This document shows positions 52,025 to 64,000 of a DNA stretch of 64,000 bases, one piece after another. The translations under genes and the position numbers were made by a program. Origin of the DNA: Octopus vulgaris (lineage: Eukaryota); the NCBI GenBank assembly GCA_951406725.2, contig OX597832.1, positions 11,532,001-11,596,000 on the forward strand. The letters run 5' to 3'. The notes beneath the pieces are model-generated. The model was not told the DNA's origin. It saw nothing but the letters and a program-made list of their open reading frames with translations, and searched no databases. The first letter of the stretch is position 1. Every line of letters begins with the position of its first letter.

Positions 52025-52568
52025 ATAAGTTAGGTGTATTTTATAGCTGTACACATACATATAGTTTTGTCTATATATATAAACGTGTGTGTGTATGCGT
52101 GCCTGTGTGTCAGACTTTGTGTGTTTGTGACATATAAATATACATGAGTGCCTATATATATTTATATACATAATTATATGTATATTTCTATCTGGTTTTG
52201 TGTGATGGTACGTGTGTGTGTGACCGAAAGAGAGAGAGAGTGAGTGAGAGAGAGAGAACTTAAATGTCTCTGATCTGCAAACAAATTATTCGTCTGTCTG
52301 CTCTTATCTTTCACACTGTTTGTGTTCTGCCTATTGTATTCTGACGTTCAAGAAATTAAAAAACAAAGTTTATTACCATGTTGGAAAATAGATATTTTTT
52401 TATTTCATTTTTTTTTTTGTAAAATTGGTTTCACCTACTCGTACGCACACACACACACAAACACAAGCACATACATTCACACATGCATACATATATGTAT
52501 GCATACATATATGTACACACATACTTATGAATATACACATATATACATGCACACATACTTATGTATTC

Positions 52569-52618
<50 letters not shown>

Positions 52619-52765
52619 TTACATACATATATATATATATATAAATACATACACACACATACATACATACATAAATGCATACATATATATGTGTGTGTGT
52701 TTGTGTGTGTGTGTATATATATATATACACACATACATACACACACATATCTATCTATCTATCTA

Positions 52766-52809
<44 letters not shown>

Positions 52810-53760
52810 CTTTTGTCTCTAGACTCAGCATTAAATAAGTTGTCTGTGAGTAACATCATAATTTTTCACCATCGTTCTTCATCTAATTTCTGTTGGTATT
52901 TACCAAATGTCTGTGTAGAATTCTCGGTGACGTATGTCTTCCTGAAATTTTCTGTTTTATACGTCGTGGGTTTTTTTTTGTCTTTTTTTTGTTTTTTTTT
53001 TTTCATTATTTATCTATTTATTGTCTATTTGGTGAAGATTATATAAGGCATTTATTATTACTTTTTCCGTTATTTTTGACTTCTGACTTTTAACTTGCTG
53101 TAGATCATTTAAAAAATATATCTTTAAACTGCTGGCTCCATACGAATTACTGCTGTAGCTGTTTTGGCTGTTGCACCTACTCTATACCTATTAAGGACGG
53201 TTTGAAAATATCATTTTGTAATTTATAATGTTGATTTTGAGTTGTTGTTTTCGGTTTTGTTTGGTCGATGTTTGGAGTATGAAAGTCAGCTCCACGAAGC
53301 TCCTGCATAATTAATAATTATATGGCAGATAGTTTACCTACAGCAGCACTCTTCACCCGCCACTATGGTAGATAATTTACCTAGTATTAAGAAATGATTG
53401 AAAATATAAACGAATCTTGATATTATTTTTTAAAACATATTTCTGACTGTAAGATACGGGAATACGAAGCTTAACTACTATCCTCAGAGTTGAAAATATT
53501 TTATTGTATTTGAGCATTTACAGGAAATTGCATAATTTAGTAAAGTGGTGCTTGTTGTGGCGCTATTATATCATAAATATTTATCGGCAAACATAAATTA
53601 TATTAGCGGTTGTATAATGACCGTTTCTGTCACATACAGCACCGTTTCTTTATTTTAGATATAGGAAAAAGAGATTGTACAATATTCAGATATTAAACAT
53701 AATATTTTTTAATCAAAGGACTTTACGCATTTGACTCCTTCTCAATATGAGGGGGGTTCA

Positions 53761-53978
53761 TGGTGGCGAACTGACTGAATCGTTAACACGTCGAGCAGAA
53801 TACTTCACCGCATTTCGACAGTCTTTATGTTTTGACTGTCAATTCTTCCGATGTCGATTTTCCCTTTCCTTCTTTCGGGGTTGATAAAAAAAGTATCAGT
53901 TCAGCACCGGGGTCGATCTAATGCATTTACCTCTCCCTCCTAAATTGCTTGCCTGGTGCCAAAAATTTAAACCGTTAT
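53761..53978 (+). mobile_element. SINE family C
   Basis: ggtggcgaactgactgaatcgttaacacg head; ctttcggggttgataaaa; ggggtcgat. Confidence 0.8.
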
Positions 53979-54429
53979 GACATTGGTTTGATCTGTTTGA
54001 GGAAAAAATATGAATAAAAATAGCAATTTTTAACCCTGCAAAACATCTAGATTTTATCTGGTATAATAAACAGCATGATGCAAAAAATACAGAAATGGAG
54101 AGGACTATAATTCTTCTTAAATGATACTTAACTCTTTCGTCAAGCCTTGAGAGCTGAAGACAAGTAGGCCTAGCTATTCTCTATCCAATCTGAACCTCGC
54201 CTGTACAATAGCTCCATTATAAGTGTTTGGGATTTTGTATAGTTTAGACTCACTGAAAATTCAGTTTTATTCCATTTCCTTGACCTGCTGTCTTCAACTC
54301 TCCTGGGGTGAGGGGATAAGAAATTTCCGATTAATACAAGCACACACACACACACACACACTCTCTCTCAATCACTCACTGACGCGCACACATACACGAC
54401 TATAATGATTTCAATATCTTACCTACTAA

Positions 54430-54633
54430 AGGCAATGAGCTGGCATAGTCGTTAGCACGTCGTACAACATGCTAAGCGGCATTTTGACCGTCTTTACGTT
54501 CTGAGTTCAAATGCTACCTTTCATTATATCGGAGTCGAAAGAATAAGTACCAGTTGAGTAGTGAGGTCGATATAATCGACTAACGCTCTCTCCCGACCTT
54601 GTTATCATTGTGTCAAAATTTGAAATTAATATT
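54430..54633 (+). mobile_element. SINE family C
   Basis: aggcaatgagctggcatagtcgttagcacg; tttacgttctgagttcaaat; aagtaccagttgag. Confidence 0.82.
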
Positions 54634-56509
54634 ATCTACTAGTCAAATATATATTCACATACTGTAAACACAAAAATAATTAAAAACGGCTGATTTTTCA
54701 AGTTAGAATCTACGCATTCAAACGTAATCCGTTGCAAATTGTTTCTTTCACTCTTCAAAAATTGCGAAAATGTATGCGCTGATAAACACCATTTTATTGC
54801 CTAAATCATACCTAATGTACGTTAGCGACACCACTGGGATTAAAATGTACTCACTAATATTCAAAAATTGATTTAGATACCTAAAAACGCCGCATCATAT
54901 GCTTCACTTTTGATACAGTATCTCAGAGATGTGATAATATGAATTATCAATACTTTGGCGGGTGATTTATATTATCCAACCCGGAAGGACAAAATATACA
55001 GCTGGCTTCATTGTAATTTTAAAAAGAATGAACCGTAAATAGCTAGAACATATGCCACAATGTGTTTTGTAGTGCTCTATCGAATCTGTCAATTCACTGC
55101 ATGAGAGATCATACGCACATCACGTATTTACCACCTTTGATTTCCCATGTTTTTCTTCAAATGTAGAAATATCTTAATGCTCTCTTAAATTTTCAAGAAT
55201 GTCATTAAGGATATAAGTGGAGTTGTGTCCAAATAAAAAAAAGTAAAAAGAAAAGAAAAGGAAAAAAAACGAAGTGGAATTCAGTCGTGGTTAATTAAGT
55301 TTTTACGAGATCGATCTGCTTTTTATAAGAGCTATATAAAAGTTTCTTTGTAGTAGTTTACAAATAAGTAACATAATTATTCAAGCCTCAATACTCACGT
55401 TGTGTATTATAACAGAAAATGAAAACAAATTAAACAATTCATACTATCTAACCGGGAGTTATTCAACTTACTTTCCAATGTTTCCATTACTTTGAGTATT
55501 TTTCCTGAAGAAATCGAGACATTATACTTATATAATTCCCAGCTGCAATGTCAGTTGTTGTTTATTGTATTGTATTATAGTATAATATTCATTTCATAAA
55601 TTCTAGTCATAAAAATCCCCAGATGTTATGAAAGACGATATGGGAAATGCAAAGGTCATACATTTACAAGTAAGATTATAGCTGTAAGGAAGGAACTTCG
55701 TATTGTAAAAATTACTCATGAACAATAGAAGAACAATGGAAACAAGCTGAGATTTTGTCTCGTGGAAAAATCAGAAATTTCTAAAGAGCACTACGCCATT
55801 ATAGCTATTTATCACATATACATATATAAAATTTTATACCCAGCCAAAAATATATGGAAGCAGCAGTCAATGCAACCAATTGTACTATGTGTTTTATCAA
55901 TGACTCTCTAAAATATGAAAGACCATAAAAACTGGTATTATAACGTAGAATATAAATAGACGTAGACAAGTAGCACGCGAGTCTTTAAGTATGAATATGT
56001 ACGTATATATGCATGTATAATATAATGCATATACTCTTGTGAGGTCAATAATGGAATATTGCTTTCATGCCTGGAACATTCCTAACACATACAAATATTC
56101 CAGACCACGACTAGCGAAAGGAAACTCGATTAACTGGCATACAATCACACATACATGACTCAGCCTCTGCCCTGCAGCCGTACTGTTGCTTGCTGCCATT
56201 TCTACTGGTATTTTGATGACATCTTTTCATCGGAAAGATCTGATCTCGTTCTACTTCCAGTTACGAGTTCTAATTCACTTCACCATCATTCTCTTTTCAC
56301 TTTATTTGTATCCAATACACAAACGCTGAACTAAATACTGCATCCTTCTTAATGTTTTTCAAGCAGGTGTCAGTTTGCAACAGTTAAATCGGGACATTAA
56401 CATCATCGATATATCTCTATTCGGCAATTAAAATAAATGGTTTAACCGTAGAATGTGGAAAATTTCAAGAATCGTGTGGCTACCATTTCACTTTATGCGA
56501 CACGTTATT

Positions 56510-56917
56510 ACGACCGTCAATTGAGAGTTCTACTGGAATGTCTGGAAGTGTTTGAGGGAGAGCATTCGGTGAAAGCAACAAAATTTGTGTTGCACGAAGA
56601 ATTTGATTATTCACGTATGCAATGCATCCTGTTCCCGAACTCTCCTCACTCGTGAGTTTTTCGTCCAAAACAACTTCCATCTCTTCCCCAAAATGAAAAT
56701 GCAGCTCAAAGATCGCTGTTTTAACACCGTTGTCGAGTTCTAGAGCGAATCACAGAATGTCCTCGACTCGCTTATAAATTCAAAAGTGGTAGGAACCCTG
56801 GGACCGGTATTGCTGCGCAAAGTGACTATTGCGAAAGTGGTGATGTTAAAACTTAGGTAAATAAATTATCTTTTATTAAACATAACTAGTCCAGGAACAT
56901 TTTGATATAACCCCGTA
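56510..56917 (+). mobile_element. Mariner transposase 3' relic with right TIR
   Basis: TVN*EFYWNVWKCLRESIR*K, NASCSRTLLTREFFVQNN, FHLFPKMKMQLKDRCF; ends aacattttgatataaccccgTA. Confidence 0.82.
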
Positions 56918-58054
56918 ACTCTGCCGTACACTGACACGCGATTACTGACAACTCGGTGACGAGGGTCACACAGCAGGCTTTCCTATAAAGACGAAGGAAG
57001 ATATCTTGATTCATAATATCTGATGAGACCCAGAGAAGTATGACAAATGTCACATGATCTCATGTTCTCTTCCTCAACAGATGAGGCAAATGTAATCTGA
57101 TTGCAGCGAAGAGCTAATAGTTTAAGCTTAGTTAAATTTTGACGAGATGAGTCTATGCCTTTAATTAGTTCACATCATGTACCACATGAAAGCTCCCAAC
57201 AAAAGGTTGGGCATCACTCTATCATATTTCCGCTCTGTAAAAAGCTTTTAGAAATAACTTCAGTTTGATAAGAAAGTCATTTATGAAAAAGTTTGATTCA
57301 TAAATGATTAGGAAAATGAAAATTAGACTTGTGTCACTATATATTATCCTGAATTAAGAACAAAATGAAAACGACAAAACAACATCGCAAATTGAAACTC
57401 AATTATTTGCAGCCTTGAATGTAATTAATTGGACGGCTCTCCATAATTAAATTCTTCAACAGACTTGCAGGATTCTGTTTAATCATTAAATTGCGTAAGC
57501 TATCAGATGGAGCTTAACCTAATTCCAAAATCCGTAGTATTAATTTGGTCGCAATAAAATAAACTAAGAAGAGAGGCGATTGATTGTTTCGTGTTGAAAC
57601 ATAGCCACCACGTAACTACATCTACAACATATTTGAAGTAAATTCCATATTGATTTATTTCTTAGACTCAAACAGACACATTACACTAGGAGAGGAATGG
57701 AATGATATTACATTGAGAGAAGTTTCTGATACGTTCTCTTGTCCATCCTCCTCCTCCTCTTTCTTCTCCTTCTCCACTTCTGCTTCCTCGTCTTCCGACT
57801 TCTGCTCATCTTCGTCTTCATCGTTGTTAGCATCATAATTATATTTCCTCAAATTGATAAAATTAGAAAACCGAATTTCCTTGAAATTCTGAATCGCTGT
57901 CTTAAAATACCAACGGTTTCATACACATGAAATAGTTCTTCGAGCAATATGTCTGAATTCAAATAAAAAGAAAACGAAATATTCTTGACTGAAATTCCTA
58001 CTGAAGATCTAATTGTCAATATACACGACTTACGCTTTCAATGCAAGCTATAAA

Positions 58055-58463
58055 AAAAGCAAGAATATTTATAAAAGTGTCTCTGATTCCTAAGGTCCTA
58101 ATTGCGTTGGACTTAGGTCCGTAGCTCTGCATATGTAACCGAAAGTGAAATACATAACTACAATAAGCGAAGTGAATACAACCAGGCAATTTGTTTCTTA
58201 ACCTACTCGTGAAAGGTATATAGATGCCCAAACATATAGTTATATGCCAATACACACAGATAGAGAAATCAAGTCTAATAGAGCGGATATAGTTATCAGA
58301 GGTAACCAACAGATGATAATGTATCTCTAAAAGAAAAGCAAGAATATTTATAAAAGTGTCTCGGATTCCTAATGTTCTAACTGCGTTGGACTTACGTCCG
58401 TAGCTCTGAATATATAACCGAAAGTGGAATAAATAATTACAACAAGCGAAGTGAATATAACCA
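58055..58463. repeat. 130-bp direct repeat (58055-58184 and 58334-58463, about 90% identical)
   Basis: aaaagcaagaatatttataaaagtgtctc...aagcgaagtgaata.aacca twice. Confidence 0.92.
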
Positions 58464-58805
58464 AACAACCAAAATACAAGATAAACAAAATACAAAGATA
58501 TGGAAATAGAGGTAATTCGATTGTGGAGCCTGAAAATAGAAACAATCCCTATGATTATGGATGCATTAGGTATAATATTAAAAGGCATTCAGACAAATAT
58601 ATAACCAAAACACCAGGGATTGTTAATGAATATAACATACAGAAAATAACACTAGTAGGCACCTCGCATGTCCTACTTAAATCCCTTTCAATACAGTGAA
58701 AATATGAGTAATTCAACAAACCACAGCACATACCTATTGCACACAGATCTGCGGTCGGTAGCGTAGTGAAAGCACGTGATAAAAATAGGACAACTGAATA
58801 ATAAT
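58213..58805 (+). mobile_element. R4/Dong-like RLE 3' end, interrupted
   Basis: MPIHTDREIKSNRADIVIR, then KYKDMEIEVIRLWSLK, YNIQKITLVGTSHVLLKSLSIQ*, UTR and (TAA)n. Confidence 0.88.
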
Positions 58806-58809
58806 AAAT

Positions 58810-59356
58810 GCCCTACTGCAGTACCAGACAGTGGATCTCATGGCTTCTGATCTTAACTGATTGGAAGTGTTATCATGTACATTGTTTTGTCTTGGTATTA
58901 AATACGGGCTACAGCAAATATTCTGCTTAATACCGCAGATTTGCTTGTCAGTTGTTTGACCATAACCAGTTGAGCATGTCCTTAGTGACTGAAGATATGC
59001 GCATCTATGATCACGAGCAGAAGCAGTGGGGGAGCATCATAGCCATGTGTTGAAAGGAATTCTTAGGGGTTTGGATAATTCACCTTTGGTAAAATGGATA
59101 GTTCGTTCAGCATCCTTAAACAATCCTTATTCAGTGACCTTTTGAGCGGGTTGGCCTACTCTACCTGGAGAAAATTCTAACTGGGCTAGTAAGGTCATGT
59201 GCTGTTTATCTTGATATGAGATCGCCATGTCGCGCACATATGGTTGTGGTGCATGTGCCTGGTGTACCCTTATCAGACGGGTAGTCATGATGGATATACT
59301 GGGCTTCGTATATTTTACCCCAGTGTCACTTTGATGGCATGCACTGCTCTCTCCCT
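58810..59356 (+). mobile_element. Unclassified about 550-bp non-coding interspersed repeat between (TAA)n tracts
   Basis: More GC-rich than flanks, partial second copy at 49110-49221, (TAA)n on both sides; probably a LINE UTR or derivative. Confidence 0.6.
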
Positions 59357-59384
59357 AAAAATAATAATAATAATAATAATAATA

Positions 59385-59712
59385 AGAGACGTGATACCGA
59401 TAGCAAAGTAGAGGCGATACCAATTGTAGGAAATACGAAGGTCGTGGTCAATGAAGAGAGTAGTTGTGATATCAATAGTAATTGGTGCACTTCGAAGTAT
59501 CAGCACTCAACGACCAACAAGGCTGAAAAAGATTGGTACAAGTGTGAAGGTAGAATACCTACAAAATCAGCATTGCTTGGAACTGCAAGAATTCTTCGCA
59601 AGTTTCTTGAAGCACGACCAGTAAACAAGTGTCACCTCAGTTTGCTGACTGTAGACAGCTGACACTTTCCATCATAACTAGCAAAATATGCCGTGTGTTT
59701 TCATGTAATAAT
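59385..59712 (+). mobile_element. R4/Dong-like RLE 3' end (another subfamily)
   Basis: EIRRSWSMKRVVVISIVIGALRSI and KSALLGTARILRKFLEA; (TAA)n flanks. Confidence 0.85.
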
Positions 59713-60699
59713 AATAGCAACAACAATAGCAGCAGCAACAACAACAACAACGATGATGATAATGAGGATGATGATAATAATAATAATTATTATAATAATA
59801 ATCGGATTAAAATGATTTAACTATGTTGTCTTGGTATACAGTAAATACAATTAATTTCATACGTTAAGCTGAGAGAAACACAAAATATTCCACGATTCAT
59901 TCCGTGTCTTTTATTGGTGATTGTCAATACTAGAGAATACGTTTATATCCATAGCTAGGCTGCTATGTACAAAAGCAATCGTCGCAAATAACCGTACCCT
60001 TCTATGCGGCCTCTGGTAGATGGATAATAATTCAAACTAGCAGTAGTTATTTTTTCTCTTTTTTTTTTCCAACACAGCTAGCTGAAAGCACTTACGCAGT
60101 GCAAATGACCAGACGAACATTTATGAATATACACGACATCGTTATACACCAAAAATAATCTCACTGATAAATGTGGTCGCTATTCTTGAGAAAAAACAGT
60201 TTTTCTATTTTCCCAATAATGCAAAAAAAAACGTACTCTTATATGATTGATTGATGTGCACAGAATTTAAGTGTGCGATGTATTCTAAGCTATGCCACAG
60301 GATTGGCGCTTCGTGAGACTTGCACAACCTTTCAAATGTTCTTGTTTATAACATCCTTTAAATCACTTCTAGTAACAGAACTATATCCATCTTGTTTATT
60401 TATTATTTTTTTTTTACACTTTGACAGTTATGTACATTTCCTCTCTCTTCTTAATTAATGAATTGGCACGGTCCTCCCATCTTTAAAAATAACCTGCTGA
60501 TTGTTATATCACTAAAACTGAACAGAAGCATTTTCTTTACTTACATCTGGCATTTTTGATAAATCTCCAAAATAATTCACGGAGCCATTGGAGATTGCCC
60601 ACACACACACGCACGCACGCACGCACACACACACACACACACACAAATATACAAGTATGTTTGTAGGTCTGGACATACATAATTTATCATATTTTACGA

Positions 60700-60740
<41 letters not shown>

Positions 60741-60948
60741 CAAACAATATCATAAGTTATCGGTTGGAACAGAAATTCCTACATCTTGAGTGGTGTTCTA
60801 AGAGCGAGAAAATGCCCTACTACACGCCGTGCGGTCTAGATACACTTATAGAATGACTAGTTTTCTGAAAGGGAATATGTCGATAAAAATATATCTATTC
60901 CATAATGCTTATCCGGTGTAAATACTAATATCGATATATATATGTATG

Positions 60949-60997
<49 letters not shown>

Positions 60998-61014
60998 CTT
61001 ACTTGGAAGAAGAA

Positions 61015-61212
61015 GACGCGTGACGTTTTCGAAACACGCAATGAGTCGAAACAGGAGCAGCTGAAGAAGGGGAATGTTCCTTGTGTTGTATACCTTGTAC
61101 TCTGTTTATTCGTTGTTAAAAAATAATCCGTTTACTTGTTTTGTTTTTATGTTTTCGTGTCTCGTTGTGTTCTACGTTTTTTTTTGTGGTGTCCTGTAGC
61201 CATATATGCATG
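61015..61212 (+). mobile_element. Possible Penelope-like terminal fragment in TA-rich sequence
   Basis: gtcgaaacagg and ctgaagaagggg motifs followed by a T/G-rich tail, between TA-rich tracts. Confidence 0.35.
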
Positions 61213-61255
61213 TATATATACATATAGATGTATGTCTTTGTTTTATTTATTAAAA

Positions 61256-61314
<59 letters not shown>

Positions 61315-61485
61315 AAAATAATTTAGGGTATCTACGAGATACCGCCGTGCTGAAATAGCAGCCAGAATCTGACTCTAAAACCACATTAGATGTTCATACA
61401 GCACAAGGAGAGACATTCGAAGGTTTTTATTTCTGTGCTGGCCACTTGATAATATCGTTATTAGATTTAAATTAACGATCTCATC

Positions 61486-61517
<32 letters not shown>

Positions 61518-62179
61518 GTAGATAGATAGATAGGTAGATAGATAGGTAGATAGATAGGTAGATAGATAGATAGATAGATAATGCATACATGTAGGTATCT
61601 AAGTGTGTGTGTGCACGCCTGATGAAGCGAATTTGTGCATGTATTTGTAGATAGTCTATTCACACTCGATAAATATATATACCTCGTCATTTTTCGCATT
61701 TCGACTATCGTAAGCTGATACGCGGATGATTCTTATTTCTGAACATAACCAGCAGCGATTTTTCGTTTCATGTATCTTAAGGTAGATGTTCGCTTATCAT
61801 TTTATTGATACCTAAGCAAACACACAAATAAATAAACGCCTACTTAAAAAAAGATACTCTTAGTATATTTGTAACATGGATTTTATAACGTGATTTGGAA
61901 AATTCAGCGTGTCGTAGCAACTAATAGCTTCAGGCTTAGCTTATATATATATACACGTAAATAGCTCGACCTTCACGGATATTTCCGTCTCTTTGTCGCT
62001 TCTCTTTATGAATGGAATATCTGACTATTCTTCTTTGACCGCTCAGATGACTATTCGGATCTGCTACCTCATAACTGTGCGCTTCCACCTAGTTATGCTT
62101 GCACACTTCACCACAAATCCATATTCAATAGATGGAATAACAAATGGTGGACAAGATTAGTATAAACAAACTTGCTCTC

Positions 62180-62512
62180 TTTAGTCGCACAAAATGACCC
62201 TGGTACACATTTTTTGAAGCTTATATTTTGAATGCTGAACATATTTTACCGATACGCAATTTACTGGATCATAAACACAGCAACACCGGTTCACAAGCAC
62301 TGGTGGGAACAAGCGCAGACACAAAGACACGCACACACACAGATACAACGTTTTTTTCTTTTCGGTTGTGTCTACCAAATCCATTCACAAGGCTTTGGTC
62401 GGCGCGTGGATGAAGCAAAAGACACTTGGCCAAGGTACCACGTGCTGGAACTGAACCCAGAACCATGTGGTTGCAAAGCAAACTTCTTACGACAGAGCCC
62501 TACCTGGGTCTA
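62180..62512 (-). mobile_element. SINE family B, diverged
   Basis: tctaccaaatccattcacaaggctttggtcggc; ctgaacccagaaccatgtggtt. Confidence 0.8.
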
Positions 62513-63050
62513 CACACACCTACACATATCCGAACACCCGTCTTCGCCGTGAGCAGGGATTAATCTTCTCTCTTCGCTTCTTTGCGCCACATGGGCTCAA
62601 CTTTCCTCTTCATCTAACCCTCCTCTTCTCCTCTCTTCCTCTCACACACACTTCCTCCCATCCACCTCTCCTCTCTTGCTTACACACCTTCTCCCTTCCA
62701 CCCTCCCCTTCATCGTCATCCCCTCCCTCGTAACCCACTCTACATATTCCACCCCCACCATCCCTATAGATCCCATCTCCTCATCCGTTAGATACCACCT
62801 TTGCTTCCCCCACTCTCGCCTCCCCACACCCAACACCGCCACACCCACCACACACCGCCACACCACAAACTACCACACCAACACACCACAGACCACCATA
62901 CCCCACACGACTATACCACACCACATCATTACACCACCCCTTACACACACTAGCACTGAACACTTCCCAGCACCCATACCAGCGCGCACACTAGCACTGA
63001 CCACTTCACAGTTCCTACACCATAATCCACACACCTACACATACACACAC
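62513..63050 (+). mobile_element. Penelope-like GIY-YIG C-terminal relic plus C/A-rich low-complexity tail
   Basis: RLRREQGLIFSLRFFAPHGLN fits the RxxxExxxIxxLxTxxPxGLN terminus of Penelope endonucleases. Confidence 0.65.
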
Positions 63051-63073
63051 ACACGTCAATGTCACCAATGTCA

Positions 63074-63200
63074 GGCAATGTCAAGGCGTGGACAGGTCAG
63101 AATATCACGATCCTGCAATGACCAGGGTTGACGGCTGATGGTAAAAGCTTTAGAGTGTTAGAGTGGAATGCCAAGGTTGTTTATAGGAGTTAAGGGAACT
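63074..63200 (+). mobile_element. Possible RTE LINE 3' end
   Basis: NVKAWTGQNITIL resembles DNIKEWTG; stop codons follow. Confidence 0.35.
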
Positions 63201-64000
63201 TAATGATTTTTTTATTCTGACATAAAGAGGAATTCATATTTCATCAATTTAACTAAAAAAATAACAAAAGATGGGTTACGAATAACAATTAAACAATTGA
63301 TAGAGGTTTTTTGTTATAAAATTTTTAATTTTACTATTTAGAGAAAATTTCGCCGTAAAAGGAAAACTAACTATTGGTTTTTCCATGAGGAACTGGCTTC
63401 AATGCATGGTAAAACACTTCAAGATTTTCATGTTGTCTCCAATTGATATATATATTAACTCCTACTTCAAGCGCAATGAGCCAAATAATGTTATATTCTT
63501 TGAAATGTTAAGTTAGAAATTACAGTAAACTTACTAAGATACACATTTGTGTTGGGAAGTAAGTTACACAGGCATTGCTAACGAAGAATACGTAAGAGAA
63601 TAACTTTTCTAGATAAGTTCAGAATAAGGTCACGGAGAGCGGGTGAATGTTATAAATATATAAATTTGTTTAAGAAGAAAGAGTGGTTGAAACATGACAA
63701 GGCGAAATATAAAATTAAAGAACAGAGAAGGGTAAGATTCATAAATATATTATGAAGAAAATTAAGTGACAGAAGCATTATTAAATTTACACATACCTGC
63801 GCAATACCTGTATTGTAATATTCTGCAGTCGTCCTCAGCCAGTTATATCTTAAATGGAGGAAATGGACAGAGGCATTAGAAATGTGTTAAATATCATGAT
63901 CTGCCCGCAATCATGAATAGCAGGAGTAAAAGTATCTAAAAGAACAATTGCATTAGAATAGGAGGCACTAGCTTCACGACGAACGGCAAATTGACAAGTA

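Noticed and set aside
57020-57065. CTGATGAG hammerhead half-core (others near 16711, 50971, 61620)
   Set aside because: No matching helix II plus GAAA and cleavage triplet
57655-57852. Acidic E/D/K-rich ORF
   Set aside because: (TCC/TTC)n low-complexity tract
58016-58588. 190-aa ORF with an internal repeat
   Set aside because: Antisense to a LINE relic plus the 130-bp duplication

Overview
AT-rich, repeat-dense, non-coding eukaryotic DNA (intergenic or inside a very large intron). The SINE families and heavy (TA)n/(CA)n/(GATA)n/(GAT)n load point to a coleoid cephalopod, most likely Octopus; this is inference from family recognition, not a database match. No intact protein-coding gene, rRNA, canonical tRNA or CRISPR array is supported, and almost all listed ORFs are microsatellite read-through. 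The window holds three tRNA-derived SINE families (called A, B, C here; three copies have clear TSDs). It also has many 5'-truncated R4/Dong-like RLE LINE ends stacked in (TAA)n tracts, a HERO/NeSL-like 3' end, Penelope-like termini, Tc1/mariner relics, a hAT MITE and a small LTR element. Best candidates for something new: (1) a hammerhead ribozyme core at 15193-15291 whose enlarged helix II can pair with the cleavage-product strand; (2) a rod-like RNA structure in a retrotransposon 3' UTR (34827-34937); (3) two long spacer-less palindromes (6650-6952, 25303-25506), each beside a Penelope-like terminus; (4) a 304-bp repeat unit carrying a tRNA-like Pol III cassette; (5) a TRIM-like LTR element with a second PBS; (6) a possible decayed LRR gene. 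None amounts to a proven new system. Coordinates of decayed repeats are approximate.
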